From Deltaproteobacteria bacterium (GTDB lineage Bacteria; SZUA-79; Acidulodesulfobacterales; Acidulodesulfobacteraceae), in the NCBI GenBank assembly GCA_023381755.1, contig JAMCUF010000019.1:1747-65746 (forward strand): a stretch of DNA of 64,000 bases, written 5' to 3'. Positions 1 through 10,028 of the stretch are shown here, piece by piece (positions within the stretch are counted from its first letter, which is position 1; the number at the start of each line of letters is the position of its first letter). The notes beneath the pieces are model-generated. The model did no database searches. It saw only the letters and a program-made list of their open reading frames with translations, and was not told the DNA's origin. A program made the translations under genes and the position numbers.

Positions 1-44
1 AAGGGGGAGGGTTAATTAAAAAATTCCGATGCAGGGTTATATGA

Positions 45-1181
45 TTATATATTGTATAAATACATAGCATCCCCATAACTAAAAAGCGAGTAGCCGTTTT
101 TTATAGCCTCTTCGTAAACGGCTTTTGTCCTATCTATGCCTATTAAAGCACAAATCATGATAAATAGGGATGATTTTGGCTGGTGAAAATTTGTTATAAG
201 ATTTTTTGTTATTTTAAATTTATAGCCGGGGTATATATATAAAGATGTTAATTTTTCCGCGGCGGGAATTAAAATCCCGTTATTATCCGCGCCGGACTCG
301 AGGCACCTGACCGAAGATGTTCCCGTAATTACGATTTTATTGCCGGAGCGCAATGCCTTATTGATTAAAGAGGCTGTTTTTTCAGAAATAGTATAGGATT
401 CCTGATGTATATTATGGTTTATTATATCTTTTTCCCTAACGGGCATGAATGTTCCAAGCCCGATATTCAAGGAAACATCCGCAAGAATTCCACCCCTGCC
501 GGTAATTTTGTTTATCAGATTACCGGTAAAATGAAGCCCTGCGGTTGGAGCCGCAACGGAAAAGCCGCCCGAATCATCGGCATAAATCGTTTGATAGTAT
601 GTTTCGTCTATTTCTTCGGCGTTCCTTTTAATATAGGGCGGGAGGGGTATTTGAGCGCATTTATCGAAAATGAATTCGCTGTCCTGCCTGTTATTTATTA
701 AAATGTCATAATTTCCGTTTCCATAATTTTTTAGGACTGTAATTTTGGAATAGCCGTCGGTTTTTATCGGATTCGGCCGGGGGTTTGACAATTGCATAAA
801 GGCTTTATCCCCCAATCCTTCGTTGTTTTGGTTGCCTCCGGTTATTAATATTTCTTCGCCCTCTTTGACAGTTTTATGAGATTTTAAAATGGCGTTTAAT
901 CTGAGGGGAAATGATATTTTAGAAGGAAATTCCGTGATAAATATTTCCACCTTGCCGCCCGTCAACCTTCTGCCGGGGATTCTAGCCTTTTTAACGAAGG
1001 AGTTATTAACGACGACAATGTCGTTTTTATCTATGTAATCTGTTATGTCATAAAATTTTCTGTGTTCCATTTTAAAATTTTTTACGTCAACAGCAAGAAG
1101 CCTTGCCTTGTCACGATTTTTAAGCGGATATTTTGCGATTAACTTTCCGTCAAATTTATAATCGAATAAATCTAATTCCAT
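45..1181 (-). CDS. queA: S-adenosylmethionine:tRNA ribosyltransferase-isomerase (queuosine biosynthesis)
   Basis: 378-aa ORF with the QueA-typical N-terminus (LDLFDY..L....IA.YP), internal PTAGLHFT and C-terminal TNFHQPKSSL motifs. Confidence 0.9.
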   Translation of the reverse strand: MELDLFDYKFDGKLIAKYPLKNRDKARLLAVDVKNFKMEHRKFYDITDYIDKNDIVVVNNSFVKKARIPGRRLTGGKVEIFITEFPSKISFPLRLNAILKSHKTVKEGEEILITGGNQNNEGLGDKAFMQLSNPRPNPIKTDGYSKITVLKNYGNGNYDILINNRQDSEFIFDKCAQIPLPPYIKRNAEEIDETYYQTIYADDSGGFSVAAPTAGLHFTGNLINKITGRGGILADVSLNIGLGTFMPVREKDIINHNIHQESYTISEKTASLINKALRSGNKIVITGTSSVRCLESGADNNGILIPAAEKLTSLYIYPGYKFKITKNLITNFHQPKSSLFIMICALIGIDRTKAVYEEAIKNGYSLFSYGDAMYLYNI

Positions 1182-1291
1182 AAATGGGAAACTAAGGCTC
1201 CGTTATCTCGTTGTATTTATATTTTTTTTTGTTTTTGTGTTATTATATGATTTAAGATTTTTTAAGCAAACTTTCTAATTATAGCATAGTT

Positions 1292-1999
1292 ATGGGGATT
1301 TTTATAACCGTTGAAGGTATTGACGGAGCCGGCAAGACTACCGCGGCAAATATTATAGCATGTTTTTTAAGGGGGGCAGGGTACAAGGTTTTACTCACAC
1401 GGGAGCCGACAAGCACCTGTCTGGGAACGGTTGTTAAAAATATTATCACCCCCGGGGGGTCCAAAAAAACTGACGGGTCATCTTTTTTTAAAACCTTGGA
1501 TAAAAAAACAGCCGCCGCTATGGCGTTATTTTTATTTTCGGCCGATAGAATAGTCCACTTGAATGAAATTTCATTAAAACTAAAGGATTTTGACGTCGTA
1601 CTGTGCGACAGGTTCATAGATTCTACATATGCCTATCAGGCAGTTTACCTAAACGGCAAAGGCGGCAAAAGCAAAGGCGGTAAAAGTCCCGAAGATATTA
1701 TTTTGATTATAGGAGATTTTATTCTTAAGCAAAAGAACATAGGCATAGACAGAACTTACCTTTTCGATTTAAAGCCCGAGGTTGCCTTAAAGCGGTTAAA
1801 TAAAAGAACCGGAAAGTCTGACGGTTTTGATAGCGAACCCCTGGATTTTTTTAACAGGGTTAGAACTAATTACCTATACCTTGCGGACAGATTTAAGGGC
1901 AGAATTAAAAAAATTAGCGCCGAGGCGCCCCCCGAGGAGATAGCAGGCATAATAACTAAGGATATCATAAGTTTAATCAAGAACCGAAGCGCCCCGTAG
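1292..1999 (+). CDS. tmk: thymidylate kinase
   Basis: N-terminal P-loop FITVEGIDGAGKTT and DRF.DS.YAYQ motif. Sits upstream of holB as in many bacteria. Confidence 0.9.
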   Translation: MGIFITVEGIDGAGKTTAANIIACFLRGAGYKVLLTREPTSTCLGTVVKNIITPGGSKKTDGSSFFKTLDKKTAAAMALFLFSADRIVHLNEISLKLKDFDVVLCDRFIDSTYAYQAVYLNGKGGKSKGGKSPEDIILIIGDFILKQKNIGIDRTYLFDLKPEVALKRLNKRTGKSDGFDSEPLDFFNRVRTNYLYLADRFKGRIKKISAEAPPEEIAGIITKDIISLIKNRSAP

Positions 2000-2024
2000 C
2001 CGTTGCGGGATAAATGCATGATTT

Positions 2025-3125
2025 ATGGATTATACAGATTACCGGATTTCTAATATAATAGGGCACGAAAAGCCTATTCAATTTTTGAATAACTTGTTTG
2101 CAAGAGGCGGGATGCCGCCCGGGCTTATTTTTTACGGACAAAGGAATATCGGGAAAAGATTTGTTGCGGCATCGTTCGCCGCTTCGGTTTTATGCGAAGA
2201 CTATTCGTATTACAATGGTAACCCTGCCGAAATTAAAGAAAATTCCGATACGAAAACACTAAACCGGTATTTTTGCGGGAAATGCCCTTCATGCAGAGGG
2301 GTATTAAATGGAACAAACCAAAATCTGATGATTGTGGAACCGGCGGGAAACTCAATAAAAATTGAAAAAATTAATCAAATCAATTCGCTTTTAAATTTAA
2401 CTCCCGCATTTAAGGGGCATAGGTTTGTCATAATAGACGGGGCGGAGGCGATGAACCAGAATGCGGCTAATGCCCTTTTAAAAACCCTGGAAGAGCCGCA
2501 AGGCGGAACCGTTTTTATTTTAATTTCGTCAAACATGAGCGGCCTTTTGCCGACCATTGTTTCAAGGTGTTCCTTGCTTGCCTTTAGGCCTGTGCAGGAT
2601 GAAGTTTTGTTTAAGGCCTTTAGGGCTAAATTTCTGGATATGGCCGGGGATGTTTTAAGGGTTTATTTAAGGCTTGCAAAAGGCAGTTATTCAAATTTAG
2701 AGAAATTAGCGGGCGGCGGATATTTTGAAATGAGAAAATCTATTTTAGCCTTGATTTTCAACGAATCCTTTTATAGGCGTCAGGCATTGTTTAAGTACAG
2801 CATGGCGGATGAATTCAACAGTATTTTAAAGAATTTGAAAGGTAATGACAGCGACAATAAGAACGAAAATGAAATCCTGTTATTTGAGGCATTTTTGTTT
2901 ATCCTGAGAGATATTTATATTTATTACATGACAAAAAATGAAAAATTATTATACAATATAGATATTAAGGGAGATATCGGGAAATTTATAGAAGATTCCG
3001 GTATTACTCCGCGCGCGTTATTGAATATGATTGAGTTGACGGTTAATTACATAGGTGAGGCAAGCAGTTATAATTTAAATAAAAGCATCGCCATGGATGC
3101 TTATTTTACGGACCTTTTAACATAA
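2025..3125 (+). CDS. holB: DNA polymerase III subunit delta-prime
   Basis: Clamp-loader AAA+ features (GHE..I..L, NALLKTLEEP, SRC sensor motif TIVSRC), a Cys-rich zinc module (CGKCPSCRG) and the tmk-holB gene order. Confidence 0.8.
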   Translation: MDYTDYRISNIIGHEKPIQFLNNLFARGGMPPGLIFYGQRNIGKRFVAASFAASVLCEDYSYYNGNPAEIKENSDTKTLNRYFCGKCPSCRGVLNGTNQNLMIVEPAGNSIKIEKINQINSLLNLTPAFKGHRFVIIDGAEAMNQNAANALLKTLEEPQGGTVFILISSNMSGLLPTIVSRCSLLAFRPVQDEVLFKAFRAKFLDMAGDVLRVYLRLAKGSYSNLEKLAGGGYFEMRKSILALIFNESFYRRQALFKYSMADEFNSILKNLKGNDSDNKNENEILLFEAFLFILRDIYIYYMTKNEKLLYNIDIKGDIGKFIEDSGITPRALLNMIELTVNYIGEASSYNLNKSIAMDAYFTDLLT

Positions 3126-3204
3126 GGCTTAAGACATGCGGTTATAGTTTTAATATTTTAATTATTTTTTTAGAGTAAACGATAAGGGGACATATACTGC
3201 AAAA

Positions 3205-3924
3205 ATGAGAATAGCGGGAGTAAGGTTATGCGAAAAGGCCGGCGTCGAGGAATTTAACGCGAAGGCGTTGCAATTAAAATTAGGCGATAAAGTACTTGTG
3301 GAGAAAAATAACGCGATTTTTTCGGGGGTCGTTGCCGAAGACGTTAAAGTTGCGGATAAAGACCCCAAAATCACGCCTCAAGTTATCAGAAAAATTTACG
3401 ATTTCGAAACGGGCGGGAGGTTTGCATATTATCCTATAGAAAATGAGGGGTTAGATTTCTGCAAGGCGCGAGTGAAAGACCTTAAAATTACAATGAAACT
3501 CTTAAAGGTTAAGTTTTTGCCCCCCGAAAACAAGCTTATCTTCTTTTATAGCGCCGAAGAAAGGGTTGACTTCAGGGAACTTGTAAAAGTACTTGCCGGG
3601 AGATTTCATTTAAGAATAGAGATGCGCCAGATTAATATCAGGGATGAATGCAGGCTTTTGGGCGGAATAGGCGTATGCGGGAGAGTATGCTGCTGCAACT
3701 CGGCCGGCCAGGAGTCGAATCATGCAGCCTCTAAAACAACAAAACTCCAATGTCAGAATGCGGGTAAGCTTATAGGGTATTGCGGCAGGCTTCTATGTTG
3801 CCTTGCTTTTGACCCGCTGACCCCGGGTGAAGATATTTGCAAAGGGGAAAAGGAGACTAACAAGGTTTTTTATAAGAGCAGCTTTGATTCGCTAAATGAC
3901 AATCCAAATCCGCAGAGTGAATAA
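3205..3924 (+). CDS. PSP1 domain protein (YaaT/RicT-like)
   Basis: Cys-rich motifs GVCGRVCCCNS and GYCGRLLCCLAF are typical of the PSP1 C-terminal domain. Conserved position between holB and metG. Confidence 0.8.
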   Translation: MRIAGVRLCEKAGVEEFNAKALQLKLGDKVLVEKNNAIFSGVVAEDVKVADKDPKITPQVIRKIYDFETGGRFAYYPIENEGLDFCKARVKDLKITMKLLKVKFLPPENKLIFFYSAEERVDFRELVKVLAGRFHLRIEMRQINIRDECRLLGGIGVCGRVCCCNSAGQESNHAASKTTKLQCQNAGKLIGYCGRLLCCLAFDPLTPGEDICKGEKETNKVFYKSSFDSLNDNPNPQSE

Positions 3925-3959
3925 CAGAGTGAATAAAAATAAGGCTATGGCAGATAAAT

Positions 3960-5552
3960 ATGGCAGATAAACGTAATTCTAAGGACCGGTTTTTTTATGT
4001 TACGACGCCTATTTATTATGTAAACGATAAGCCGCATATCGGTCATGCATATACGACGGTTATCGCCGATTCTATTGCCAGGTTTAAAAGACTATCCGGC
4101 TTTAAGGTATTTTTTTCGACCGGGACCGACGAACACGGTTTAAAAATAGAAAAAGAAGCAAATGCGAGGGGAATAAGCCCAAAAGATCTTGCGGACAGGG
4201 TTCATATCAAATTCAAGGAACTTTTCGGCTTGCTTTCCATATCTTATGACAGATTTATCAGAACCACCGACGAAGACCATATAAAAACGGTTCAGCATGC
4301 GTTTTCCGCGTTAATAAGAAAAGGGGATATTTACCTTTCCGAATATGAGGGCTGGTATTGCACCCCTTGCGAAACATTCTTGACCAAAAAGTCGCTTATA
4401 GACGGCAGCTGCCCTCAATGCGGAAGACCGGCATCAAAAATTAAAGAGGAAAGCTATTTTTTGAAATTAAGCAAATATGAAAAAAGGCTTGCGGCATATA
4501 TCGAAAATCATTCCGGATTTATAAAACCGCCTTTTAGAAAAAGTGAGGTTTTGTCTTTTATTAAAGAAGGATTAAACGATTTAAGCATTTCAAGAACATC
4601 TTTTAGCTGGGGCATTTCCGTCCCCGGAAACGATAAACATGTTATATATGTTTGGTTTGACGCGCTTTTAAACTATCTTTCGGCAATAGGTTTTGAGGAG
4701 TTTCAGGAGAAAGGGAAGAACAATTTTAATTCGTTTTTTAAAACCGCAAACCACATTGTAGGCAAGGATATCCTTAAGTTTCACGCCGTTTACTGGCCCG
4801 TTATGCTTTTTGCTTTAGGCCTGCCCCTTCCAAAAACAATATTTGCCCATGGATGGTGGCTTATGGACAGCAAAAAAATGTCGAAATCGCTTGGCAATGT
4901 CATAGACCCTGTTTATTTAATAAACAGCTACGGAGCGGATGCATTAAGGTTTTATCTTTTAAGGGAAATAACATTGGGTTTAGACGGAGATTTCAATATG
5001 AATAATTTCGTTACCAGATACAACTCCGAACTTGCAAACGATTTAGGAAACCTGGTTTCAAGGATAACCGCCATGCTTCAAAAATATACGGGTGGTTTTC
5101 CGCCGGGTCAGGAGGTTGGTGCCGATTGCGGCCTGATAAAAAACGTTTTAGATATAACGGCTAACTTAAACGGCAGGTATGACAATTACGATTTTGCAAG
5201 GATTTTAGATGATACTTTTAAGTTTATAAACAGGGTAAATAAATATATAAATGATACCGCTCCATGGAAAATAAACATTTCGGAGCAAGAAGGCAAAAGG
5301 AATTTACATAAAATTTTAAGAAGCGCGGTTGTTTCGGTATATTGCATATCATATCTGATATATCCGTTTATGCCGGGAGCCTCGGCAAAGATTAACAAAA
5401 TGTTGAACATAGAGGCTTTTGAATTTTTTAAATTTCCGGTCGCCGCAAAGGATATTCTTAAGAGCTGCGGGGCATTGCTTAAAGACGGCCGTAAAATTAA
5501 CGAAAACAGAGATATTTTATTTCCAAGGATAACGGGCGATAATAAACAATGA
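3960..5552 (+). CDS. metG: methionyl-tRNA synthetase (short form, no C-terminal tRNA-binding appendix)
   Basis: Class I signatures HIGHAYT and KMSKS, plus the zinc knuckle CTPCETF...CPQCG. Confidence 0.95.
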   Translation: MADKRNSKDRFFYVTTPIYYVNDKPHIGHAYTTVIADSIARFKRLSGFKVFFSTGTDEHGLKIEKEANARGISPKDLADRVHIKFKELFGLLSISYDRFIRTTDEDHIKTVQHAFSALIRKGDIYLSEYEGWYCTPCETFLTKKSLIDGSCPQCGRPASKIKEESYFLKLSKYEKRLAAYIENHSGFIKPPFRKSEVLSFIKEGLNDLSISRTSFSWGISVPGNDKHVIYVWFDALLNYLSAIGFEEFQEKGKNNFNSFFKTANHIVGKDILKFHAVYWPVMLFALGLPLPKTIFAHGWWLMDSKKMSKSLGNVIDPVYLINSYGADALRFYLLREITLGLDGDFNMNNFVTRYNSELANDLGNLVSRITAMLQKYTGGFPPGQEVGADCGLIKNVLDITANLNGRYDNYDFARILDDTFKFINRVNKYINDTAPWKINISEQEGKRNLHKILRSAVVSVYCISYLIYPFMPGASAKINKMLNIEAFEFFKFPVAAKDILKSCGALLKDGRKINENRDILFPRITGDNKQ

Positions 5553-5663
5553 GCGGTGTCATGCATGCGGAAGCTAAAACCGGGCGCGAGCTTAAACCAT
5601 TACGGCAGGATTTGGATTTTTGTTTTTGCGATAATGGCGCGGTAGAAAGGAAAATATAACAAC

Positions 5664-7109
5664 ATGATAGATTCGCACTGTCATTTAGAGATGCGGGATT
5701 TTGAAAGCGATTTTAGCGCGGTTCTCGAAAGAATGCTCGAAAACGGGGTAACACACGCCGTTTCCATAGGTTCTTTGGCGCAAAACGAAAGAATAGAAAG
5801 AACCTTGGATATTGTTAACTCTAATAATTTTATATATACCACACTGGGAGTTCATCCTAAAAGCTCTTATTCCGATTTTAATAACATCTCGGAATTGTTT
5901 GAAAATTATTATTTAAGCAACAGGGAAAAGATTGTTGCCGTAGGTGAAATCGGGCTTGATTATTTTTTTAATAGCGGGATAGCAACGGAAGATATCGGTA
6001 AAATTAAGAGGCTGCAGGAAAAACTATTTAGATTTCAGATAAAACTTGCCTTAGCTAAGAGGCTTCCCATCATAGTTCACATAAGGGACGCCTATGAGGA
6101 GGCCCTCGGCATTTTAAAGGACTGCATGAATACGCCGGCAGGTTTTTTTGGCGGCGTCATACACTGTTTTTCTGCCGGCAATTTGGATATTGCAGCGGAA
6201 TTTATAAAATTGGGTTTTTTTATATCTTTTTCGGCGAATGTTACATATAAAAATAATGAAAATATCAGGTTAACGGCAAAGAGCATTCCGGATGAAAAGA
6301 TTTTAGTGGAGACGGATAGCCCTTATCTTGCTCCACAGGTTTTCAGAGGCAAAAGAAATGAGCCGTCGTATGTTCGCTTTGTTTTGGCTAAGGTTGCGGA
6401 ATTAAAAGGGGTCGAACAAAAAAAATTCGATGAACTTACGGTGCAAAATACCGTAAATCTTTTTTCACTTTACGACATCGAGGGTTTTTATCCGGCTGTC
6501 GCTTATAAAATCAGAAATTCCGTCTATATAAATCTAACGAACAAATGCACCAACCGATGCACCTTTTGCCCGAAATATCAAGGCGGACAAAATAATTTCA
6601 ATGTCCGCGGGTATAACCTTGAATTAAAAAACGAACCTACCGCGAAAGAGGTTATTTCATCTATTTTTCATTACTACGACTTTGATGAGGTGGTCTTTTG
6701 CGGGCTTGGAGAACCGACATTGCGGATAGCAACCCTTAAGGATGTTGCAATGACCGTTAAGGAAAAAGGCGGCGGAATAAAAGTCAGGCTTGACACGGAC
6801 GGGTTAGGCAATGCCGTCTATGGCCGGAATATTGCGCGTGAATTGAAAGGGCTTATAGATAGCGTCAGTATAAGCCTTAATGCCCAAAATAGCGATTTTT
6901 ACGACAGGATTTGCCGTCCCCAATTAAATCTAAAGGGGGGCAATGCATATAGCGCTGTTTTGGATTTTATAAAAGAATCAAAAAAATATATAGGGGAGGT
7001 TACCTGTACCGCGGTAGATTTACCGGGGCTTGACGCTTCTTATGCCGGCAGGCTGGCAAAAGGGTTAGGCGCCGGCTTTAAACTTCGCGGATATAACGAT
7101 GTAGGGTAA
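5664..7109 (+). CDS. TatD-family metal-dependent hydrolase fused to a radical SAM domain
   Basis: N-terminal half has IDSHCHL, GEIGLDY, HCFSAG and ETDSPYL (TatD). C-terminal half has CX3CX2C (CTNRCTFC, about 6545-6568) and GLGEPT. The frame is open across the junction. Confidence 0.8.
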   Translation: MIDSHCHLEMRDFESDFSAVLERMLENGVTHAVSIGSLAQNERIERTLDIVNSNNFIYTTLGVHPKSSYSDFNNISELFENYYLSNREKIVAVGEIGLDYFFNSGIATEDIGKIKRLQEKLFRFQIKLALAKRLPIIVHIRDAYEEALGILKDCMNTPAGFFGGVIHCFSAGNLDIAAEFIKLGFFISFSANVTYKNNENIRLTAKSIPDEKILVETDSPYLAPQVFRGKRNEPSYVRFVLAKVAELKGVEQKKFDELTVQNTVNLFSLYDIEGFYPAVAYKIRNSVYINLTNKCTNRCTFCPKYQGGQNNFNVRGYNLELKNEPTAKEVISSIFHYYDFDEVVFCGLGEPTLRIATLKDVAMTVKEKGGGIKVRLDTDGLGNAVYGRNIARELKGLIDSVSISLNAQNSDFYDRICRPQLNLKGGNAYSAVLDFIKESKKYIGEVTCTAVDLPGLDASYAGRLAKGLGAGFKLRGYNDVG

Positions 7110-7111
7110 AA

Positions 7112-8326
7112 TCAGAATAATTCGCCGATAAAGCCCTCCTTTGAAACCGCGTCTTTGCTTCCGTTTCCATTTTTATCGTTTCCGTTGCTTTCGTAACCGG
7201 CTCTTTTGCCATCCTCATCCGTATCCGGTCTTTTTCCTTCCCCTTCAATACTAATAACGGCAGTTTCTTTACCGTCTGAATAATCTTCGGGGTTATTTTT
7301 TGTTCCGATTGGCGTTCCGATTGGCAGGTTAGGGGTTGCGTCTGTCCTTCCTGAATAAAATATTTTAGAATTTAATAGATACCTATCAAGCTGTTTTAAA
7401 TATGGGCCCCATGGTGTAACCTGAGTTTCTATGGTTTCTATGAATTGGTTTGTTTTTGCATCCATATTGTCTATAAAATGAAGCAGAAGCGCCTCAATAG
7501 TTTTTGGCCTTTTTGGCGACCCGAATTCCAGTTCCCCGTGATGGGATATAACGGAGTGGAGCAGCAGCGTCCTTAGATTTCTGGGGAAACCCTCAATCTC
7601 GCCGATTTTTTTGTCTATAATGTTTGCTCCAAGAACTATATGCCCCAGTAGTTTTCCTTCATCGGAATACTCCGTTATATTATTATTTTTGTTGCCCAGC
7701 TCTTCCGTTTTGCCGGCATCGTGAAGAAGTATGGAGGCGATTAAAATATCCTTATTTATATATTTTTCATAGTGTTTTGAGATAAAAACCCCGATCCTTA
7801 CCATGCTTAAAGTATGTTCCAGCAGTCCGCCGATATAGCCGTGATGAATGGATTTTGCAGCCGGCATTGTTTTTAACTTTTTGACATAGTCTTCATCATG
7901 TAAAAATTTTTTCGTCAGCATTATTATATATTCATCGGTCAGGGTTTCATCCAGGATGTTTATTAGTTCCGAAAACATGATATTTACGTCATATTTGGTA
8001 GATTTTAAAAAAAGCGCAAGGAGATTTTCATCTATATCGGTTTTGTCTATTTTTTTCAACTCTGAAACGCTGAGCTGAAGCTCGTTCTGGAATATAGATG
8101 ATTTTGACTTTATTTTAATGAAGTCTCCTACGTCAAAAAGCCCGTTATATTTTTCTACGTTATCCCAAATGTATCCTTTAATTTCACCGGTTTTATCGGA
8201 TAATTTAAGATAGATATACGGTTTGCCGGTTTTTCCCGTAGCGCTGGATTTGCCCTTGACAAGAAAAATTGTGTCTATTTTTTGATTTTCTTTAATATCT
8301 GAGATTAGAATTTTTTCCATTGACAT
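7112..8326 (-). CDS. OB-fold plus HD-domain protein, YhaM-like 3'-5' exoribonuclease, with a low-complexity acidic/Gly C-terminal tail
   Basis: N-terminal OB-fold-like region (FLVKGKS..T.KTGKPYIYLKLSD.TGEIKG.IWD). HD motifs LLHDAGK and ISHHGELEFGSP. Confidence 0.7.
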   Translation of the reverse strand: MSMEKILISDIKENQKIDTIFLVKGKSSATGKTGKPYIYLKLSDKTGEIKGYIWDNVEKYNGLFDVGDFIKIKSKSSIFQNELQLSVSELKKIDKTDIDENLLALFLKSTKYDVNIMFSELINILDETLTDEYIIMLTKKFLHDEDYVKKLKTMPAAKSIHHGYIGGLLEHTLSMVRIGVFISKHYEKYINKDILIASILLHDAGKTEELGNKNNNITEYSDEGKLLGHIVLGANIIDKKIGEIEGFPRNLRTLLLHSVISHHGELEFGSPKRPKTIEALLLHFIDNMDAKTNQFIETIETQVTPWGPYLKQLDRYLLNSKIFYSGRTDATPNLPIGTPIGTKNNPEDYSDGKETAVISIEGEGKRPDTDEDGKRAGYESNGNDKNGNGSKDAVSKEGFIGELF

Positions 8327-8400
8327 ATATTAACAGAACTAACGTCAAAAATCAAAATTAACTTTTGCGGCGCCGTTAATTTCGGGTATTAATTATTTTC

Positions 8401-8429
8401 TTGACAAATGACTTTGAAGTCATTATAAT
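8401..8429 (+). promoter_or_regulatory. sigma-70-type promoter (TTGACA-17 nt-TATAAT) with a perfect palindrome in the spacer
   Basis: TTGACA at 8401-8406, a 17-nt spacer, TATAAT at 8424-8429. The spacer contains ATGACTT-TG-AAGTCAT (8408-8423). Lies about 100 nt upstream of the TolC-family gene. Confidence 0.5.
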
Positions 8430-8527
8430 GATGTCCAGAATGTCATAATATTTGCGCTTAGAGTGTTTCGGAAATATTTTTTTAACTATGATTTTAATTA
8501 TAAATAACGTGGGCTAAGATTTAAATC

Positions 8528-9988
8528 GTGCAAGATTCTAAGTTTCTTATCAAGTCCTTAATATTTTTATTTTTTACTTTTACACTGTTTTCTTTGATTT
8601 TAAGCTCAAGCCCTTCTTCCTATGCGGCTTATGCAGCAGAAAATAGAGCCGCAACAAGCCCCGGCTTATTAACACTTGACGCGTATAAAACCGGTAAGGG
8701 CCTCAGCCTTAATGCGATAAGCCTGAAAACCGCTTTGGAGCTTGCCCTCAAAAATTATCCCGGGATAATGACGTCCAAATACTCTTATATATCGTCCATA
8801 TATGCCAAAAATCAATCGCTCTATCTTTACTATCCCCAAATTTCCGCGGCAGCCGGCCTTTCTAAAAATTCGGTTATGGATGTAGGCGGCAATGCCGCAA
8901 CCTCCGCCAATGGATTACTAGGTAATCCGGCGGGCAATATTAACGGAATAAACTACTCTTTAAATAACTACTCGGGGAGCATTAATGCCAACTATGTGTT
9001 ATATTCTTTCGGCTCGCGCCATTACGGCTACCTTGGCGCCAGATATCAGGCGAAAGGGGCCAAAGCCGCCTATAGCGTTACGATAAACAGCGCCCTTTAC
9101 AACGTAATACTTAATTTTGCCTCATACTTTGCGGATAAAGAGTTAATGAGAGCCGACATAGACAATCTAAGAAACGATGAAGCCCAATATAAAGCCGCTT
9201 CCGAGTTCTACAAGGTCGGAACGGGAAACCTTTTAGATGCCGAAACAGCCAAGGCTACCATGGAGACGGCCAGGGCCGCCTATATGAACTCAACATACAA
9301 CGCAAAAATTGCAAGGTTGGCGCTTCTTAATTCAATCGGGCTTTCCCCCGCAAAAAAATATCGTTTTGTCAATACGCTTAAATTTAAACCTTTTCATAAT
9401 AAACTCAACATGCTTATAAAAAAGGCATTGAAATTTAACCCGCAGTTAAAACAGGCAGTATATGCGGTAAAAGCCTCAAAAGCTTCCGTAAGAGAGGCAA
9501 CGAGCGGATATTTTCCCACCTTGAGCGCCGGTTTCTCATATACCGGGCAAAACTCGTCGTTCCCGTTGAACAGAAATTATTCCGTTGGCCTTTCCGTCTC
9601 CATACCAATTTTTAACGGATTTTTGACCCAAAACAAAATCGAGTATTCCAAGGCGATTTTAAACAGTAATATCTGGAATAAACGGCTTGCCCGGAATAAT
9701 CTTACTTACAGCATCTCCAGCGATTATTATACTATTTCAAATCAATACTTAACCGTAAAGGCGTTAAAATCGTCGGCGAATGCCGCAAAACTCGCATATG
9801 AGCTTGCGCTAAAAAGTTATACTCTCGGCGTCGGCTCCATGGTTCAGCTTGTGACGGCAAACGCCCAGTATGTATCCGCCGAGACAAGTTATATAAATGC
9901 CAAATTTACCTATTTCTATCAGAAGGCAAAACTTTATTCCGATTTAGGCCTGATGTTGGAGCATTATATTAAACAAAAAAACACTTAA
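8528..9988 (+). CDS. TolC-family outer membrane efflux protein
   Basis: 486 aa with a signal-like N-terminus and repeated coiled-coil/beta-barrel-type sequence rich in Y/N/S/A. First gene of an operon with an adaptor and MacB-type ABC components. Confidence 0.8.
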   Translation: MQDSKFLIKSLIFLFFTFTLFSLILSSSPSSYAAYAAENRAATSPGLLTLDAYKTGKGLSLNAISLKTALELALKNYPGIMTSKYSYISSIYAKNQSLYLYYPQISAAAGLSKNSVMDVGGNAATSANGLLGNPAGNINGINYSLNNYSGSINANYVLYSFGSRHYGYLGARYQAKGAKAAYSVTINSALYNVILNFASYFADKELMRADIDNLRNDEAQYKAASEFYKVGTGNLLDAETAKATMETARAAYMNSTYNAKIARLALLNSIGLSPAKKYRFVNTLKFKPFHNKLNMLIKKALKFNPQLKQAVYAVKASKASVREATSGYFPTLSAGFSYTGQNSSFPLNRNYSVGLSVSIPIFNGFLTQNKIEYSKAILNSNIWNKRLARNNLTYSISSDYYTISNQYLTVKALKSSANAAKLAYELALKSYTLGVGSMVQLVTANAQYVSAETSYINAKFTYFYQKAKLYSDLGLMLEHYIKQKNT

Positions 9989-10028
9989 TTATTAAATATC
10001 AATGTAAATATAAATAAAAAGGGCGAAA

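Noticed and set aside
405-701. 98-aa plus-strand ORF inside queA. The same judgement applies to similar antisense ORFs, e.g. 1279-1617, 2375-2557, 5186-5566, 12838-13134, 13746-13994, 14307-14585, 15948-16298, 21369-21794, 21863-22596, 23091-24130, 35046-36218, 48363-48917, 53568-55577, 58529-58873, 59146-59472, 60313-60855, 61147-61947 and 63019-63733.
   Set aside because: Each lies wholly or mostly within a CDS on the opposite strand, or in another frame, whose product has strong family motifs. Their translations are low-complexity, lack recognisable motifs and have no SD.
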